64,000 bases of DNA from the human T2T-CHM13v2.0 reference genome, Homo sapiens. The position numbers and the translations under genes are program-made. Below the pieces are notes generated by a model. It was not told the DNA's origin. It did no database searches and was given only the letters and a program-made list of their open reading frames with translations. Where the stretch lies: the NCBI RefSeq assembly GCF_009914755.1, contig NC_060926.1. The stretch is one strand, 5' to 3'. Of the stretch, positions 27,001 to 40,839 are shown in pieces. Each line of letters opens with the position of its first letter. The first letter of the stretch is position 1.

Positions 27001-28787
27001 CGATGAAGACACTAAAGATTACCTTTCTGTTTTTAAGTCTTAAAAGCCCAAATTTTGGTTTCCTATGAAGCTGGTAGATTGTCCATATTACCCAATAATT
27101 GATAAAATCTCAGAACTTTTTTTTTTTAAATAAAGGACCAACCACAGGAGGTGGTTGTGCTGTGAGAGATAAAGTCAGGCTGGCCCAGCCGAGCCAGCTG
27201 TGGAATTTGTGCCTCATAGTGTCACATGGGTTTGGAGATAGGCTTGCTCTTCAATGGATGGGTTAGAAACTACCTCTCCTCTTACTGCCCGTCCTGGCTA
27301 AAGGCAGAGAACTGGGATGCTGTGAGAGTCAGAGACCTGTGGGATGGGAGGAGGGGGAGTCCATCTATGATGAGGAAAGAGGCAGCTCATGACAGACCTC
27401 TTCCTACTGCATAGCTCAGAAATACACTAAGTCACATCTGCTCCTGAGAGGGGGACGCTGAAACTGCACACAGGAGTATTTGGAGGTGTTAAAAGGGGTA
27501 CAGGGTTGGCTCGGTGAAGTCTATGAAATAGGCCACCCCATCCTCCTCATCCTTTCTCCCTTCTGCTCGAGGCTGGAGAGCAGGCCTGGGTAGCCCACTG
27601 TCCTCAGACCCTGCTCCTGGAATGAGCAGGGACAGCTTCGCCCCAGAGCAGAATTCTGGAGAGAATAATTCTCTAGCCGGCTTCATGTCAGTCCCCACCC
27701 CACACACTCAGCCACACCACAGTCCTTTTGCCTTTTTCATCAGTGACGTTCGGGGAACTCACAACTACACACAAAAATTTGGTGTGGCAGGGTGTATAGG
27801 TGTCCACACTGAAGTGGCTTCTGAACACAATTCAGAGAAGCACAGAATCTGCAAGGCAGTGAGTCGCAACGAAGCTCCCCCTTCACTGTGAATGGCCCCT
27901 CGAGCAGGCCAGAGGTGACAGGGGAAGGTGTGTGGCTATAAAAAATAAACTCTGGCCTTTATTTGTTTTTCAAATGTCAGCATAACAGATAACTCCAACT
28001 CTATCCATCCTCCACAGTCAGGCTTGTCTACATGGGAAGGATGACCACCTATTTTTAACATTTATGTGCAAGTACAGTGTATGGGCATTAAGTGTTCTTA
28101 CCACAATAACATAAAGAATTTAAAATGTGGCAGCATCGCGAGCTATGTTGTTTATGCACGAGAAAGAGCTCGTGCTCTTTTCCGAGTTCCTCGGGGCCCC
28201 CCTCTTGGATTCTAATGGAGAAGGTGGTGTTTGGGACTGGTTCCTCCACCCTGCTGAGGTCATCAGTTCCTCTCTTGCTTGTCAACCTTTCCCTGCTGCC
28301 CTGTTTGCCAGCAATACAGCACATTACTACCCCTAGGCCAACACCACCTCAAGGTCACAAACTCAGGCACCGGAGACCATCAGAGCCTCAACTATCACAT
28401 GCTCACTACTTCCCCCTCCCACCGGCCAAATGTCATGGCAACGGAAAACAGATACAACGTGTTTCCCTACTTCTAATGGGGTTCTGGGTCTGGTCATCTG
28501 CTCAGACAGGAAAGTCAAGGGACAGGGTTGATTCTGGGTTGATTCTATCAACCTATCACCCTCATTAAAAAAAGTCACCAAAACCACGTCTCCTAACCAG
28601 ACCTGAATTTCTACTCAAAGAATGAAAATAAACACAGCTCAAGGGCTGATTGTAGGCTCCAGTGACCCAGTTGGCCACACCATGCACAGCCTGGAGATCT
28701 TAGGGGCACACACAGGGGATCTCAGAGCTCCAGCACCCTCCAGGGCAGGTGTGGATGAAGACATGCAGTGGTACAGGCCGCACTTGC

Positions 28788-28952
28788 CTTTATGGTGGTA
28801 CCAGGACCCACGTCGTGCAGCAGAGACATCTCTGGGGGGCTCCTGGGCAGCCCGTCGTCCTCAGAGCTCATGCCGGCATCCTCTCCCCGCTTGGCAGGAA
28901 GCCCCCCTGGAGGAGGTGGTGGCCCCATTTTCACATTACACTGTATTTTTAA
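28788..28952 (-). CDS. CRACDL: CRACDL coding exon 4 (LKIQCNVKMGPPPPPGG...HDVGPGTTIK), ending at a GC donor
   Basis: caatctag|TTAAAAATA...ATAAAG|gcaagt; 165 nt, phase 0-0; peptide visible in ORF 28722..28934(-). Confidence 0.92.
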
Positions 28953-29301
28953 CTAGATTGGAATAAAGAACATGTGCTCTTATTTTCATCAATGATATTT
29001 ATCAACAAATCCTCCTGCTCTAATTCATTCATGCTGGAAATGCCTTCAGTATCTTGGTGTGGTGCAGAGAACTGAACTGAACGTGCATCTGCCACCAGCT
29101 CTTCCACTGCCATCTCTTCTTTGTTCATCTAAGAATGAGTCGAGATCCCATTGCAGCTCATTTGGTGTGTCCTGGGGGAGCTGTCATGTACATGTGATTC
29201 TACTTTACAGCATATCAAATAAACCAAGCAGAAATCATTTAAAAACTTCTTGATGGATATTTGACTTGCACACCAGGCGACATGACCAAGGAAACATTTA
29301 C

Positions 29302-29437
29302 CTGCAGAGCTTTAATCCGATCACACACATTTTCTTGGGAAAACACCCGCACAGGCCGAGTAGCGTCCTGTCCGGACTCAGGAATGAAAATACTGTCGTG
29401 AGAAAGGGCCCGGCTGCCCAGCGTGCCCCTCGACTCC
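29302..29437 (-). CDS. CRACDL: CRACDL coding exon 3 (ESRGTLGSRALSHDSIFIPE...VCDRIKALQ)
   Basis: tttatcctag|GGAGTCG...CTGCAG|gtaaat; 136 nt; peptide visible in ORF 29239..29559(-). Confidence 0.95.
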
Positions 29438-30689
29438 CTAGGATAAAAGAGCCACTGTGAGACTCTGCCCACCTCCATCTTACTGACCCCTGGGGGGCTC
29501 AGAATGAGAAAGGGGGATGTGAGTGAACAGAACATCAAACAACACTCCCTCTGCTGCATTTACATTTCAGTGGTCCCTGACTTCAGTTCATCCACACGCT
29601 GTCAAATGCCAGTCAACTATTTGGAGCATTGCAGAGATAGGAATTTTCCTAGGAGATCTAAAGGTTGTGTGAATTATTTTTGTATTAATGAAAAAACCAA
29701 GGTTTGATAAGGTGTGAGGTGCAAGACAGCAAGCCTGCAGAGGGGAGGGGCTGGCACGGCCAGCTTCTGAGGAGGCCTGTCCCGGCTGCCCCAGGGAGGG
29801 TGAGGTCACGCCTTGTGGGCAAACATGCAGGCCCTCCGTGGGCTGAAGGCTGTGTGTGCAGCAGGCTGAGGGCCTGCTTGATGAACGCATCCTCACACAC
29901 ACCTCACACAGACCAAGACATACATCCGTGGGTGGTTTGAAATGAGAACTGCAAATCTGCAAAGCCATGGCCTCTTTTTATGACCTGGCACCATCTGTGT
30001 GACCAAAACCTCTGTGCCTGCCTAGATCCTGGAGCAGAGATGGTGGCCTTCTGTCATCGCCATCCCAGTCCTTTCCTCAGCTCTGAACTCAAGAATCTGA
30101 TCTGGGACTGAACCCCCAGGACATTCACAAAATGTCCTAAAAGGATGTGGGAATTAGCTGTCAAGTTTTCCTAGCAGCACTGGCTGCCTGAACAATAGGT
30201 GGAAGGAGATGACTGAGATCTGATGATGAAGGAAGGAAAGCCTGCCTCTGCACACACTGGACATCTTGTGTGCACCACCCCACCCACTTCCCTCCTGCCA
30301 CTCCCCTACCCTGGGCATCCTGTCCACTGTGGGGCATTAAGGACTCTGAGGTGTGGCCCTGTCCAACTGTAGATCAAACTGTGTTGGCTAATAATGCTTC
30401 CTTCTAATTAAACTCTCACGCCTGCAACAGTAAGCTTGCAAGTGGGAACCCATGGCTCCCAGGATGTGTGTGTCCTCACATGCCAGGGAGGGAACTACGC
30501 CAACTGAAGGAATCAGGACCTCCCTGCCAAGGGCAGCTCTTAACCCAAAGGTCACACACACACTTGGATATCCCTCCCCCAGTGGACAGCCCATGGCCCA
30601 CACTCTCTGGGAACCACAACCACCACCCAAGCACCTCCGCTTTGGATGTAATGAGGAGTGGAGGCAGCATAAAGAGGCCTCTGCAAAAA

Positions 30690-32620
30690 CACAAAATGGC
30701 ACATGTGCAAGGCCATTCACTACAGCAATATTCAAAAGAGTGAAAGATGGGAAACACCTAGTGCCCCTCAGTAGGCATCTAACTGAATCAACCATGAATG
30801 TCATACAGTGGAGGACTCCACAGCTGGTCTGATGGGCAGGAAGGTCTCTACACGCTGCATACAGGCATCACCAGATACTACTAAGTGCAATAAATAACAA
30901 CCACTGCAGAACAATGTTCACAGCATGTCAGCACTGCATGGGAAAGGGGGGCCTGGATATTATCTGAACATGTGTGTGTGTTTCTTATATTTTAAAAAAA
31001 TGAAAATAGAAGAATAAATAACAAATAAATAAAAGTGGTTTTCTTTGGGGGAAAGAAATAACTAGATGAGGAGACATAGTGCAAAGATACCTACATTGAC
31101 AACTTTGTCTTTGAAACTATGCAAACGTTTTATATAATTAAAAGATGAAACCAAACAAAAAGAGAAATAAAACAATCTCTAAAACTAGAAAACAAACACA
31201 AACAAATAAATCTAATTTTATATCAGATTGTTGGCATGACCACACAGAGAATATAATAATTTCAAGTGACTTTGACTCCACATCCAAGATAGAATACATT
31301 CTAGGAACAACAACAAGAAAACCAAAGATATCAAATTGCACTCACTAATCTTATTAGTAGTAATAATAATTAAAAAACCAAAAATATGAAATTGCACTCT
31401 GTAGTTTTATTAGCAATAACACTGATTATAAGACAGTGTGCAGAAAAGTATTTATAATATTTTTAACTTCCATATAGGGAAGGGATAAGGAAATTATTAT
31501 AAATATATGATAGGTTAAAGAAAATAAGTCATTTTGTTAATATCATAAGGAGCCCTGGTTTCAAGTGTAAGAGAAAAGAGAATACAAAGAATTAAAGAAG
31601 TAAAAATGTTGTTTTATTAAACTTGAATTGGAAATATCAGCAAATTAATGGTTAATTTTTCTCTTGAAAAATAAACCATTTCCTAGCTATATCCACTGGA
31701 AAGGTTTAGAATCAGTGACAGCCAATTAGTAATCATCGCCCCTGGCAGCTGGACTGAGGTCTTTAAAAGCCATTTCACACCACAAGGAGGGAGCCAGGGT
31801 CCTGTCAAGAAAGTGCTGATTCCAGGTCAGGGGAAGAAAATATACCAAATAAACCTGAGATTTCTCATTGGACAAGAAAGTAAGGAAGCCATCAAAGATG
31901 AATGGGGTCATGTCAAAAGACGGAGCGAATTTCAAGTGACTCTCAACAGCCTAAGATGGAACAACTTGAGCATTAAAATGAATAAAGACTGTCATGGATT
32001 AAAGCAAATCAAATATATAAAAAGTAATGCATTCCCAATGATATTTGGAAAAAAAAAGAAAAAAACAAAACCCACTGGCCACTGTCAGGAGTTGCTAGGG
32101 GGCCACGTCATTACTCTGAGGGTGGATCAATAAAAGGAGAGCCAAGCATGATCCTGACTTTACAAATTGTATTTCGGAGCAACCAAGCAATTGATGAAGG
32201 AAAGTTCTTCATCAAAGAATTTCAGTTAGCAAGTGTACAGTGAATGATAGAATTAGAAAAACCACCACTTTGTGACAAAATAACAGATCATCACCAGGTG
32301 TTAAAACTGTCAGGTGAAGGTTGGTGGAGGGACGACAGTGACACACCCTGAACCCACTGCTCAGAAAGCAGGTGACTCATCATGGGATGTGACAACAACC
32401 AGCACCTGCTTGAACCTGACAGAATCTGGATCCACCGAATGATGTACCGGGAATTGGGAGAATATAGGAAAGAGTTGAGTCACACCAAGAGAAAGCAAAG
32501 CCAGAATATGGGACATTCTGCAGGACACATGGCCCTGCTCTTCCTTCAGATCAATGACGTGAAACAAAGGGAGAGGGCAAAAGGAAATCGTTATAGATTA
32601 ACAGACTTAAGAAGCACAAC
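30690..32620 (+). mobile_element. Old L1ME/L1MC-type 3' fragments
   Basis: A-rich sequence with attcactacagcaatatt...ggaaacaccta and aagccagaatatgggacattctgcaggaca...ggccctg motifs. Confidence 0.55.
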
Positions 32621-33240
32621 CGCACAGACACAGACACGATAAATGGGCGTCACTTTATTCAACCCACAGGGTCCCATGTGGTTTGCTCGCACTAATGTGC
32701 CTTAGTAAATGGAGCTGTTTTCCCCACAGTGATGGATGAGAAGTTGCCGCAGACTCTCCCACAGGCCAAGCAGTACTTGCCTCTTCCTCTGTGCTGCTCT
32801 CTAAAAATGTCATTTGCACTTCCCAGGCCTCATCATGCTCCATTCCCAATCTTCCTTGCCTAGCATCAAAACCAGCAAACTGTTACCAGTCACTGAGGGC
32901 CAGCTCCCTGCAAGGTGCTGGGAATATCAAGATAAAAAGCACACCGTCTCCACTTTCCATGGGCTCCTGTGACAGGGAGGACATCAGCAAGCGGACAGGA
33001 CAATTCATCCCAGCTTGCCCCTCTGGCTGGGCTCCTGTCTGTGGTTGGAGGGGCCACTCCCAGGCCTGTCTCTCCAACACCAGAACTGTGTGCTCCAGTC
33101 AAGAGACAGGGGTGGATGGGGGTGGGTGTTAGAGTTTCCCTGGGGCTTGCAAAGTGATGACATTGAATAATTAGTAATATTATCGCGATAACATCTCGTT
33201 CCCCAAGAGTTCAGAGAACCGCCTAAAAAAAATGCATGCA

Positions 33241-33625
<385 letters not shown>

Positions 33626-34556
33626 CTAAATCAAACCCAAAACTGAAAAAAAAAAAAAAAAAGGTTCCAATCTTTCCTTTCCAGTCATCTGGTGCCACCA
33701 AGTGGCCAGCAAAATTTCTACTCCTTTAAAAAACAGGCAAGGAGGCTGGGGAGGGGCGAGAGCAAGAGAGGGGACAGGACACCACTATTGGGATGCTCAA
33801 GCCTGGGACCCATCTCAGCGTGGTCTGTACCCCAAACCTGAGGGATATTATGTTCTCTGAAGAGTTCTATCCTTAAAGGGCCAGCGTTGTCTTAAAAAAA
33901 AAAAGGTAAAAGCTAGCATAGCAACAAATCTGTTTCGTTTCCTCTTAGTCACAGGAATAACTGCTAGAATAACTGCAGCATATGTACTGTAACTATATTT
34001 TAATGAAACACAAGTTACAAAAATAAGGATTTCTTTACTAGACCTCCCCAGTTTTTTGTGCTTATTGGGTCTGTTCTTTATGATATTTTTGGATGATTTT
34101 TTTTCTAAGATAGCAAGGAGCGCCCCCTCCCCACCCCCATCAAGTGAAAATATTCTGATTAGATTACTTAACGTTCAACTTTAGAGAAATGCATTTTTCT
34201 AGTATAGCATCTAGGTCCTCAAAAGAGTTTTAAGTCAAGTTAAACCAGGGCCCCTATCCTGATCCTGTCACTTTCAGCTGTAGGATGTTGGGCAAGTTCT
34301 AAATTTTATCTAGGGCTTATTTTGTCCGTTTATAAAATGGCATATAGTACCTCCTCTCCCACAGTTATTGTGGACTTAAACACACACAGCATTCTCCATC
34401 CCTAGGTTTGAAAAGACAGAAAACACAACTTCTATGGAAGAACCTCTAATGGAATTACCCAGGAGGAAAGGGGGCTCAGAAATCCAGCAAGTTACCAGGA
34501 TAATGAAATCATGTATTTAGGTGCTCCTGGCCCGAGGGATGTAAAATGCAACTTAC

Positions 34557-34725
34557 TCCAGCTCATCCTCGGAGTCGTAGCCCACTGGCCCGGATTCGAT
34601 GGCAATGACCTCATTCCTCGTCTGACTTTGTTTCCAGGTGCTACTTCCTGTGGACGACGGCGATTCTTTTCTCTTCTTCTTCCCAAAAAACTTCTTAAAA
34701 GTTTTGAATTTAGATTTTTTCTTTC
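34557..34725 (-). CDS. CRACDL: CRACDL coding exon 2 (GKKKSKFKTFKKFFGKKKRKESPSS...GYDSEDELE)
   Basis: ctgtatag|GAAAG...CTGGA|gtaagt; 169 nt; phases match both neighbouring exons. Confidence 0.94.
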
Positions 34726-35036
34726 CTATACAGATTAGAGAAAAAAATAATAAATAAGACTGTTACAGTGTGTGTTTATGTGCATGTATGCAACAGGCAC
34801 GTAAAAGAGAGAAAGCAAGATTTCCATCCATGCATCAGTTATCTGCTTCTGAAAAGTCCTTTTACTTCGCAAAAGTACATGGTATACCAGTTTTGCATAC
34901 CTGAAAACACATCTTGTTTCTTTTTATTTAGGATATTTAAATAAAAGACACAAGAACACTTTGGAAGATGATCACAGAATCAAAATTAGCAACTTTCCTC
35001 TCATGTATAATCAAGTTTTGATTTCTAAAATATATT

Positions 35037-35128
35037 TGAGGCTGCAGTGAGCTATGATTGCACCGCTACACTCCAGCCTTAGTGACAGAGCAAGACCCTC
35101 TCTCAAAAAAAATAAAATAAAATAAAAA
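35037..35128 (+). mobile_element. 5'-truncated Alu (3' end only)
   Basis: gaggctgcagtgagctatgattgcacc...agagcaagaccc followed by an (AAAAT)n tail. Confidence 0.85.
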
Positions 35129-37306
35129 TTATGAATTGCTTTGTCTAGTGTGAATACAGCATCAAGGACAATCAGAGGAGGCCCAACCTCATGGGCAAGA
35201 AGGTGGGTCTGTGGGGCACCAACTGCATGATGAGCTAATGACTTTTGGTGAGAAAAACAATGAGACTGGTCATCCCTGCAGGGGAGGGGTGTGGCCAGGC
35301 TGAGCCCAACTCTGCCATGCTTCCTGGATTATTAGAATTCACCACACTTTTCAACATTTTGTGATTGCTCCTCTGGTGACAGCTTCATTCTCTCCCATGA
35401 ATTCTATCATACCCAGGTTTCCATGATTTCACATTAGTTGCTCAGCAAAGTTCATTCCTTTCCCGGAATAGTTACAGAACTGACAGTGGAGGGATGCAGC
35501 ATCGTAGACTACCAGGATGCTGTCTAATACATCCTGAAAATTTGCACAATTTATTACTTTTTATAATAATTTAATAAACTGAATTCCTTAAAAAACCCAG
35601 GATCTTTCTGTTGTGTTTATATTATTGCCTCCTTGGGAAGCTTACATGGTCTTACTCTCATGGGGAGAATTACTTAGGATTACTTTAGTAGGAGTTCCTA
35701 CATCATTACAGGTAGAACAAATCCCTCTCCAAGGATAAGTCAGTTCTACAGCACCTTCTAGTTTTCTCACCTTCTAGTGTGGAAGTGTTCTCAACTTTAT
35801 AATCGTAAAAAATGTTTATGTTGTTAGTAGATGGTTCTCAATGAGCATTTATGATTTTGAAAGATTCTTAAGAGTTTTCTGCATTTGGTCAGGACACCCT
35901 GTGGCTTTTGCCTAGTCAACAAATTGGTATGCATCCTCGAAGGCCTGAATAGATACACAGCCTCAATATCATGACCATCAAAAATGCTGCTTACAGCATT
36001 AATGGTCTCCTCAAGTGTAACTGGCAGAGCTCAAGCATAACTGCTGTACACCTTTGTTCCACTGGCAGGGCTTAGCCATCCATTTGTTCAAACTATATTT
36101 CTTCTCCTACTAGGCTTTGTAATTCAATTTCTTTAATGGTGACAGGACTAGTCCATTTTTCTACTTCCTGAATCTGTTTTTTTAAGTAACATTTTTCTGA
36201 AAATGTATTTTTTCCAAATTTTCAAATGTATTGGCAAAAAATTATTAATAATATCTTTTTATCTTTCAAGCATTCACAACATCTATAGTGATTGATGCCT
36301 CTTTTCTCACCCTGATATTAATTATCATAAATGTGCCTCTTCTTTGTTCCTTGATCAATTGCACCACAGGCTTATCAATTTTAATTGCCTTAAAAAAGTT
36401 TTGCTTTGTTAATTCTTTCAGTTGAATGTTTATTTCATATTGTATTAATTTCTGTTCTTATCTTTATTCTTTCCTTCCTACTTTCTGCAGGTTTACTTTG
36501 CTATTTTCTTAAACTTCTTGAGATAAACATTTGGTTTATTACTTTTTAGACTTTCCTGTTTTTATAATATAATATTTAAGGCAATGCATTTCCCTCTAAG
36601 TCTGTTTTAGCTGCATCTACGTGTTTTAAAATGCAGTATTTTCATTATTGTTTGGTCAAAAATATTTTCTAACTTCTATTATGATACCTTCTTAGACTTA
36701 CGGGTTATTTAGGAAAGTACGTCTTCTTCATTTCCAAGCAGTTGAGGATTTTCTATCTGTTATTGATTTCTAGCTTAATTGCACTGTGGTCCAATAACAT
36801 ACTCTGAATGATTTGAACCCATTCAAATCTGTTGATACTTGCTTTATGGCTTACCATATGAACAATTTTTAAAAATGTTCCTGGTGTGCTTGAAAATAAT
36901 GCATTTTCTTCAGTGTTCTATATATGTCAATTAGAACAAAATCTTTTTTTTAAATTGTGTTGTCCAAGTATTTTATATCTTTACCGATTTTTAAAGCGTT
37001 TGTTTTATCAATTACTGAGAGAGATGTGTTAAAAATAACCCCACTCTGCTTATAGATTTTCTTATTTATCTTTAGTTGTCAATTTCCACTTTACAACTTT
37101 ATTTGTTGGGGAGGTTGCTTTCCTGCAAAAACCGGAAAGCCTTCTAGACAAATTCTAAAAGAGCTGTAATACAACTTTCTATAATATGTTAATGCATAGA
37201 AATGTAAAATTATTATCTTGCTGGGGAAATGAACATTTTGTGAAATGGCCCTTTTTATGTTTAGTTATGTTTTTTGCCTTACATTTCATTTTGACTGCTA
37301 TTAGTA

Positions 37307-37534
37307 CAGGTCGATCAGACCAAATCTGAAAATCTGAAATGCTGCAAAATCTGAAACTTTTTGAGCTCCCACCTGATGCTTAAAGGAAATGCTCACTGGA
37401 GCATTTCAGACTTTGGATTTTAAAATTTGAGACCCTCAACTGGTAAGCATAATGCAAGTATTCCAAAATCTGAAAAAATCTGAAATCTGAAACACTCCTG
37501 ATCCCAGCATTTTGGATAAGGGATACTCAATCTG
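37307..37534 (-). mobile_element. Tigger4a/MER46-type MITE
   Basis: Repeated aaatctga; aaaggaaatgctcactggagcatttcaga; ends cccagcattttggataagggatactcaatctg. Confidence 0.8.
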
Positions 37535-38197
37535 TGTAGCTACACCATCTTCCCTTTACCCAGTGTTCACAAAGTATAGGCTTCTGTATCCTATTACTAT
37601 CCTTACTTTTCTGAACCTTTATAGTTAAGATTCATATATTTAGAGTTTTGGTATCTAATCTAATAATCTTTAACTCTTAACTGGAACAATTAATGTAATT
37701 AATTAATTTAACTAGTCCACTCACACTCACTGTAATTACTGATATATTAATAAAAACAAGTCTATCATCTTATGTGTTTTTTAATTGATCTTTAAAAAAA
37801 ATTCCATTTATTCCATTGCTAGTTTATAACCCTTACCTTTTGCTTCCTCTTTCAGTGGTTATACTACACATTTGATTACAGGTCAATACAAGGACCTTCG
37901 AATACTTTAATTCCATTTTTATGCACTATTGTTTTAATTCTGATTGTCAAAAAAAACCTCGAAGTTATTTCATGTTCACACAGGTGTATCCACTTGCTTA
38001 TTGTTTTCTTTGCTCTTCATTCCTTCTCATATTCCAGATTGTCCACTAGGAAGATCTTCCTTTGGCCTGAGGGTGCATTTGTGTAGAATCTGTTTTACTG
38101 GGGGCTTACTGGGGCCAACCCAGTTTTTGTTTGTCCGAAAATGCTTTCATTTCTCCATCACTCCTGAAATACATTTTTTCCTAGGTATAACGTTCTA

Positions 38198-38277
38198 TTA
38201 AGTTGGTGCAAAAGTAATTGCAGCTCTTGCCATGACATTTAATGGCAAAAACAGCAATTACTTTTGTACCAGCGTAA
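38198..38277. mobile_element. MADE1 (Hsmar1-derived MITE), full-length 80 bp
   Basis: ttaagttggtgcaaaagtaattgc...gcaattacttttgtaccagcgtaa with TA on both sides. Confidence 0.92.
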
Positions 38278-38726
38278 TAGTTTGGCAGTTACTTTTCCTA
38301 AGGATATTTAGGCTATTATTTCCCTGTTTTGTGGCTTCTATTGTGTTGAGAAGTTAGGCATAAGTTACTTTTTTGCTCCTGTCCAGGTAATCTGTCTCTT
38401 TTTCTCAGACTCATTTTAAGATTTTTCATCCTCTTTGGTTTTCTGCAGTTTTACCTCATATGGATTTTCTTTGATTTATCCTTCTTGGGATTCATTGGGT
38501 TTCTTAAACCTGTGGGTTGGGTCATCTTTTTGATAAAATCCAGAAAATTCTCAGCCCTTCTCTCCTCCCGAGACTATGCTCCAATGGGTATTACACCCTT
38601 TCACTTACTCTCTATGCCCCTTGTTCCCTTTCCTTTATTTTCCATCTTTTTACCATTCTATGGTACATTTTGCATAATTTCCTGTGATCTATCTTGAGCT
38701 GATGTAATCTGTTGTTATAACCACGC

Positions 38727-38840
38727 ATTTTAATAATTACATTTATTTTACATAAATTTAATTTAAAATAAAATTTTAATAATTACATTTATTTTAAATG
38801 AACTTATTTAAAATAAAATTTTAATTATTACATTTATTTC
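38727..38840. repeat. AT-rich minisatellite, about 2.5 copies of a 45-46-bp unit
   Basis: attttaat(a/t)attacatttattt starts at 38727, 38773 and 38818. Confidence 0.85.
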
Positions 38841-39301
38841 TAAAAATTCCTTTGTTTTTCAAATCCGCTATACCTTGTAAAAAAAACTTATTTTTTAAAT
38901 TACACACAGTAAAATTCATTCTTTTTGGTGTACATAGAGTTGTATAATTATCACCACAATCAAGATACAGGACTGTCCTCATGCTGCCCTTTTGTAGTCC
39001 AACATTCCCCGCTACCTTTAACCCCTGGCAACCACTTATAACTTCTCTGTTCCTATAATTTTGCCTTTTCTAGAATGTCATGTAGATTAAGTCACACAGT
39101 ATGTCCCCTTTTCATTCCAGCTTCTTTCACTCAGCACAATGCATTAGAGGCTCACTCATGTTATACCAGATCAATAGCCTATTCCTTTTTATTGCTGAGT
39201 AGAACTCCATTGTGTGGATATACCAGTTTGTTGAACCATTTCAACCTGCTGAAAGACATCTGGGTTCTTTTCAGTTTTTAGCAATTATAAATAAGTTGCT
39301 A

Positions 39302-39306
<5 letters not shown>

Positions 39307-39342
<36 letters not shown>
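39307..39342. repeat. (TG)18 microsatellite
   Basis: Read directly from the sequence. Confidence 0.97.
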
Positions 39343-39346
<4 letters not shown>

Positions 39347-40350
39347 CATAAGTTTTCACTGCCCAGTAAATACCTAGGAGTTGGATTGCTGAGTCATAGG
39401 CTAAGTGTATGTTTAACTTCACAAGGAGCTGCCAAAATGTTTTTCCAAAGTGGCTGTGCCATTTTGCATTCCTCCCTTCAATGCATCCTTATCAGCTCCT
39501 GTTGTTATGGTGGTTTTCTCCAGACGTTTAATACGTGTGTCCTGGTATCTCATTGCAGTTTTACTCTGCATTACCTAATGATTATAGATATTGAGCATTT
39601 CTTCATATGCTTCTTTGCCATTTTGTACATCTTCTTAGGTAAAGCATGATTTAAAATTTGCTCCCCATTTTGTAACTGAGTTATTTGTTTTCTTATTTTT
39701 GAATTTTGAGAGTTCTAAATATATGCTGGATGTAAGTCCTATATCAAGTGTGATTTATAAATATTTTCTTCTAGTCTGTGACTTGTCTTTTCATTTTCTT
39801 AAAAGTGTCTTTCACAGACCATATTTTAAAGTTTTGATGAAGTCCAATTTATACATTTTTTCCTTTTATGGATTCAGGTATTATATCTAAGAACCCTTGC
39901 CTAATCCTTGGTCATAACTATCTTCTGCTATGCTTTCTTTTAAAGGCGTTAGAGTTTTACATTTAGGTTTATGACACATTTTGAGTTAATTTTTGTATAA
40001 TCTGTGAGGTATATTTGCATATGAATGTCCAATTGTTACAGCACCATTTGTTGGAATATTATCTTTTATCCAATGAATTGATTTTGCAATTTTGTCAAAA
40101 TTAATTAACCATATTTGTATGGGTCTGTTTTTGAACTCTACTCCCTTCTGTCTCTGTGTATCTATCCTTTTGCCAATACCATACTGTCTTGATTACTGCA
40201 GCTTTATAGTAAGTCTTAAAAACAGGTAGTATGAAGCTTTCAACTTTATGTTTTTTCAAAATTGTTTTACCTATTCTAGTTCTTTGCTTCTTCACATACA
40301 TTTTCAAGTCAGCTTGCCAATATCTGCAAAAAGTTTTGCTGGGATTTTGA

Positions 40351-40570
40351 TTGCTTCATCTTTACCCCTCCTCCTCCCTGTTTCTGATGGGTTATTTCAA
40401 AAAAAATCATCCCAGGCACTATTATTATTTCACCTCTATGGACTTGGCTTTTTCCTAAATGAAAAAAATCTCTGACTCCTCATGGAAATCAAATTAAATT
40501 ATTACTTGTCAGTATTCTTGCTACAGAATATTGAGCTAACTGTATGTCTGTCTTCCATAACTGACTTTTA
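40351..40570 (+). repeat. Diverged 220-bp copy of 43911-44130
   Basis: Shared collinear blocks ttgcttcatctttacccc, aaatcatcccag, tcatggaaa, tgctacagaata, cttccataactgact. Confidence 0.85.
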
Positions 40571-40839
40571 AAGAGTGCACTGCAATCTTGGTATATTTGT
40601 GTAACAGTTCTAAGTGCTTTTTTGTATATGTTGTATAAACATGTCATCTATAAATAGAGATAGTTTTATTTCTTTCTTCCACCTCTCTGCCTTTTATTCC
40701 TTTCTCTGGCTTTATTGCACTGGCTGGGTGCTATGCCACTTTTCCCTGGATGTTTTAAAACTTTTTTATTATCTTCAAACATAGTATGCATAGTTGTTTT
40801 ATAGGATGTATTTGGTAATTCTGATATTGATGCCTTCAT

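Noticed and set aside
35820-36030. About 70 open codons on the minus strand (ALPVTLEETINAVSSIFDGHDIE...)
   Set aside because: No start codon near its 5' end, no convincing splice sites and no recognisable homology; a BLASTX search would be needed to revive it.
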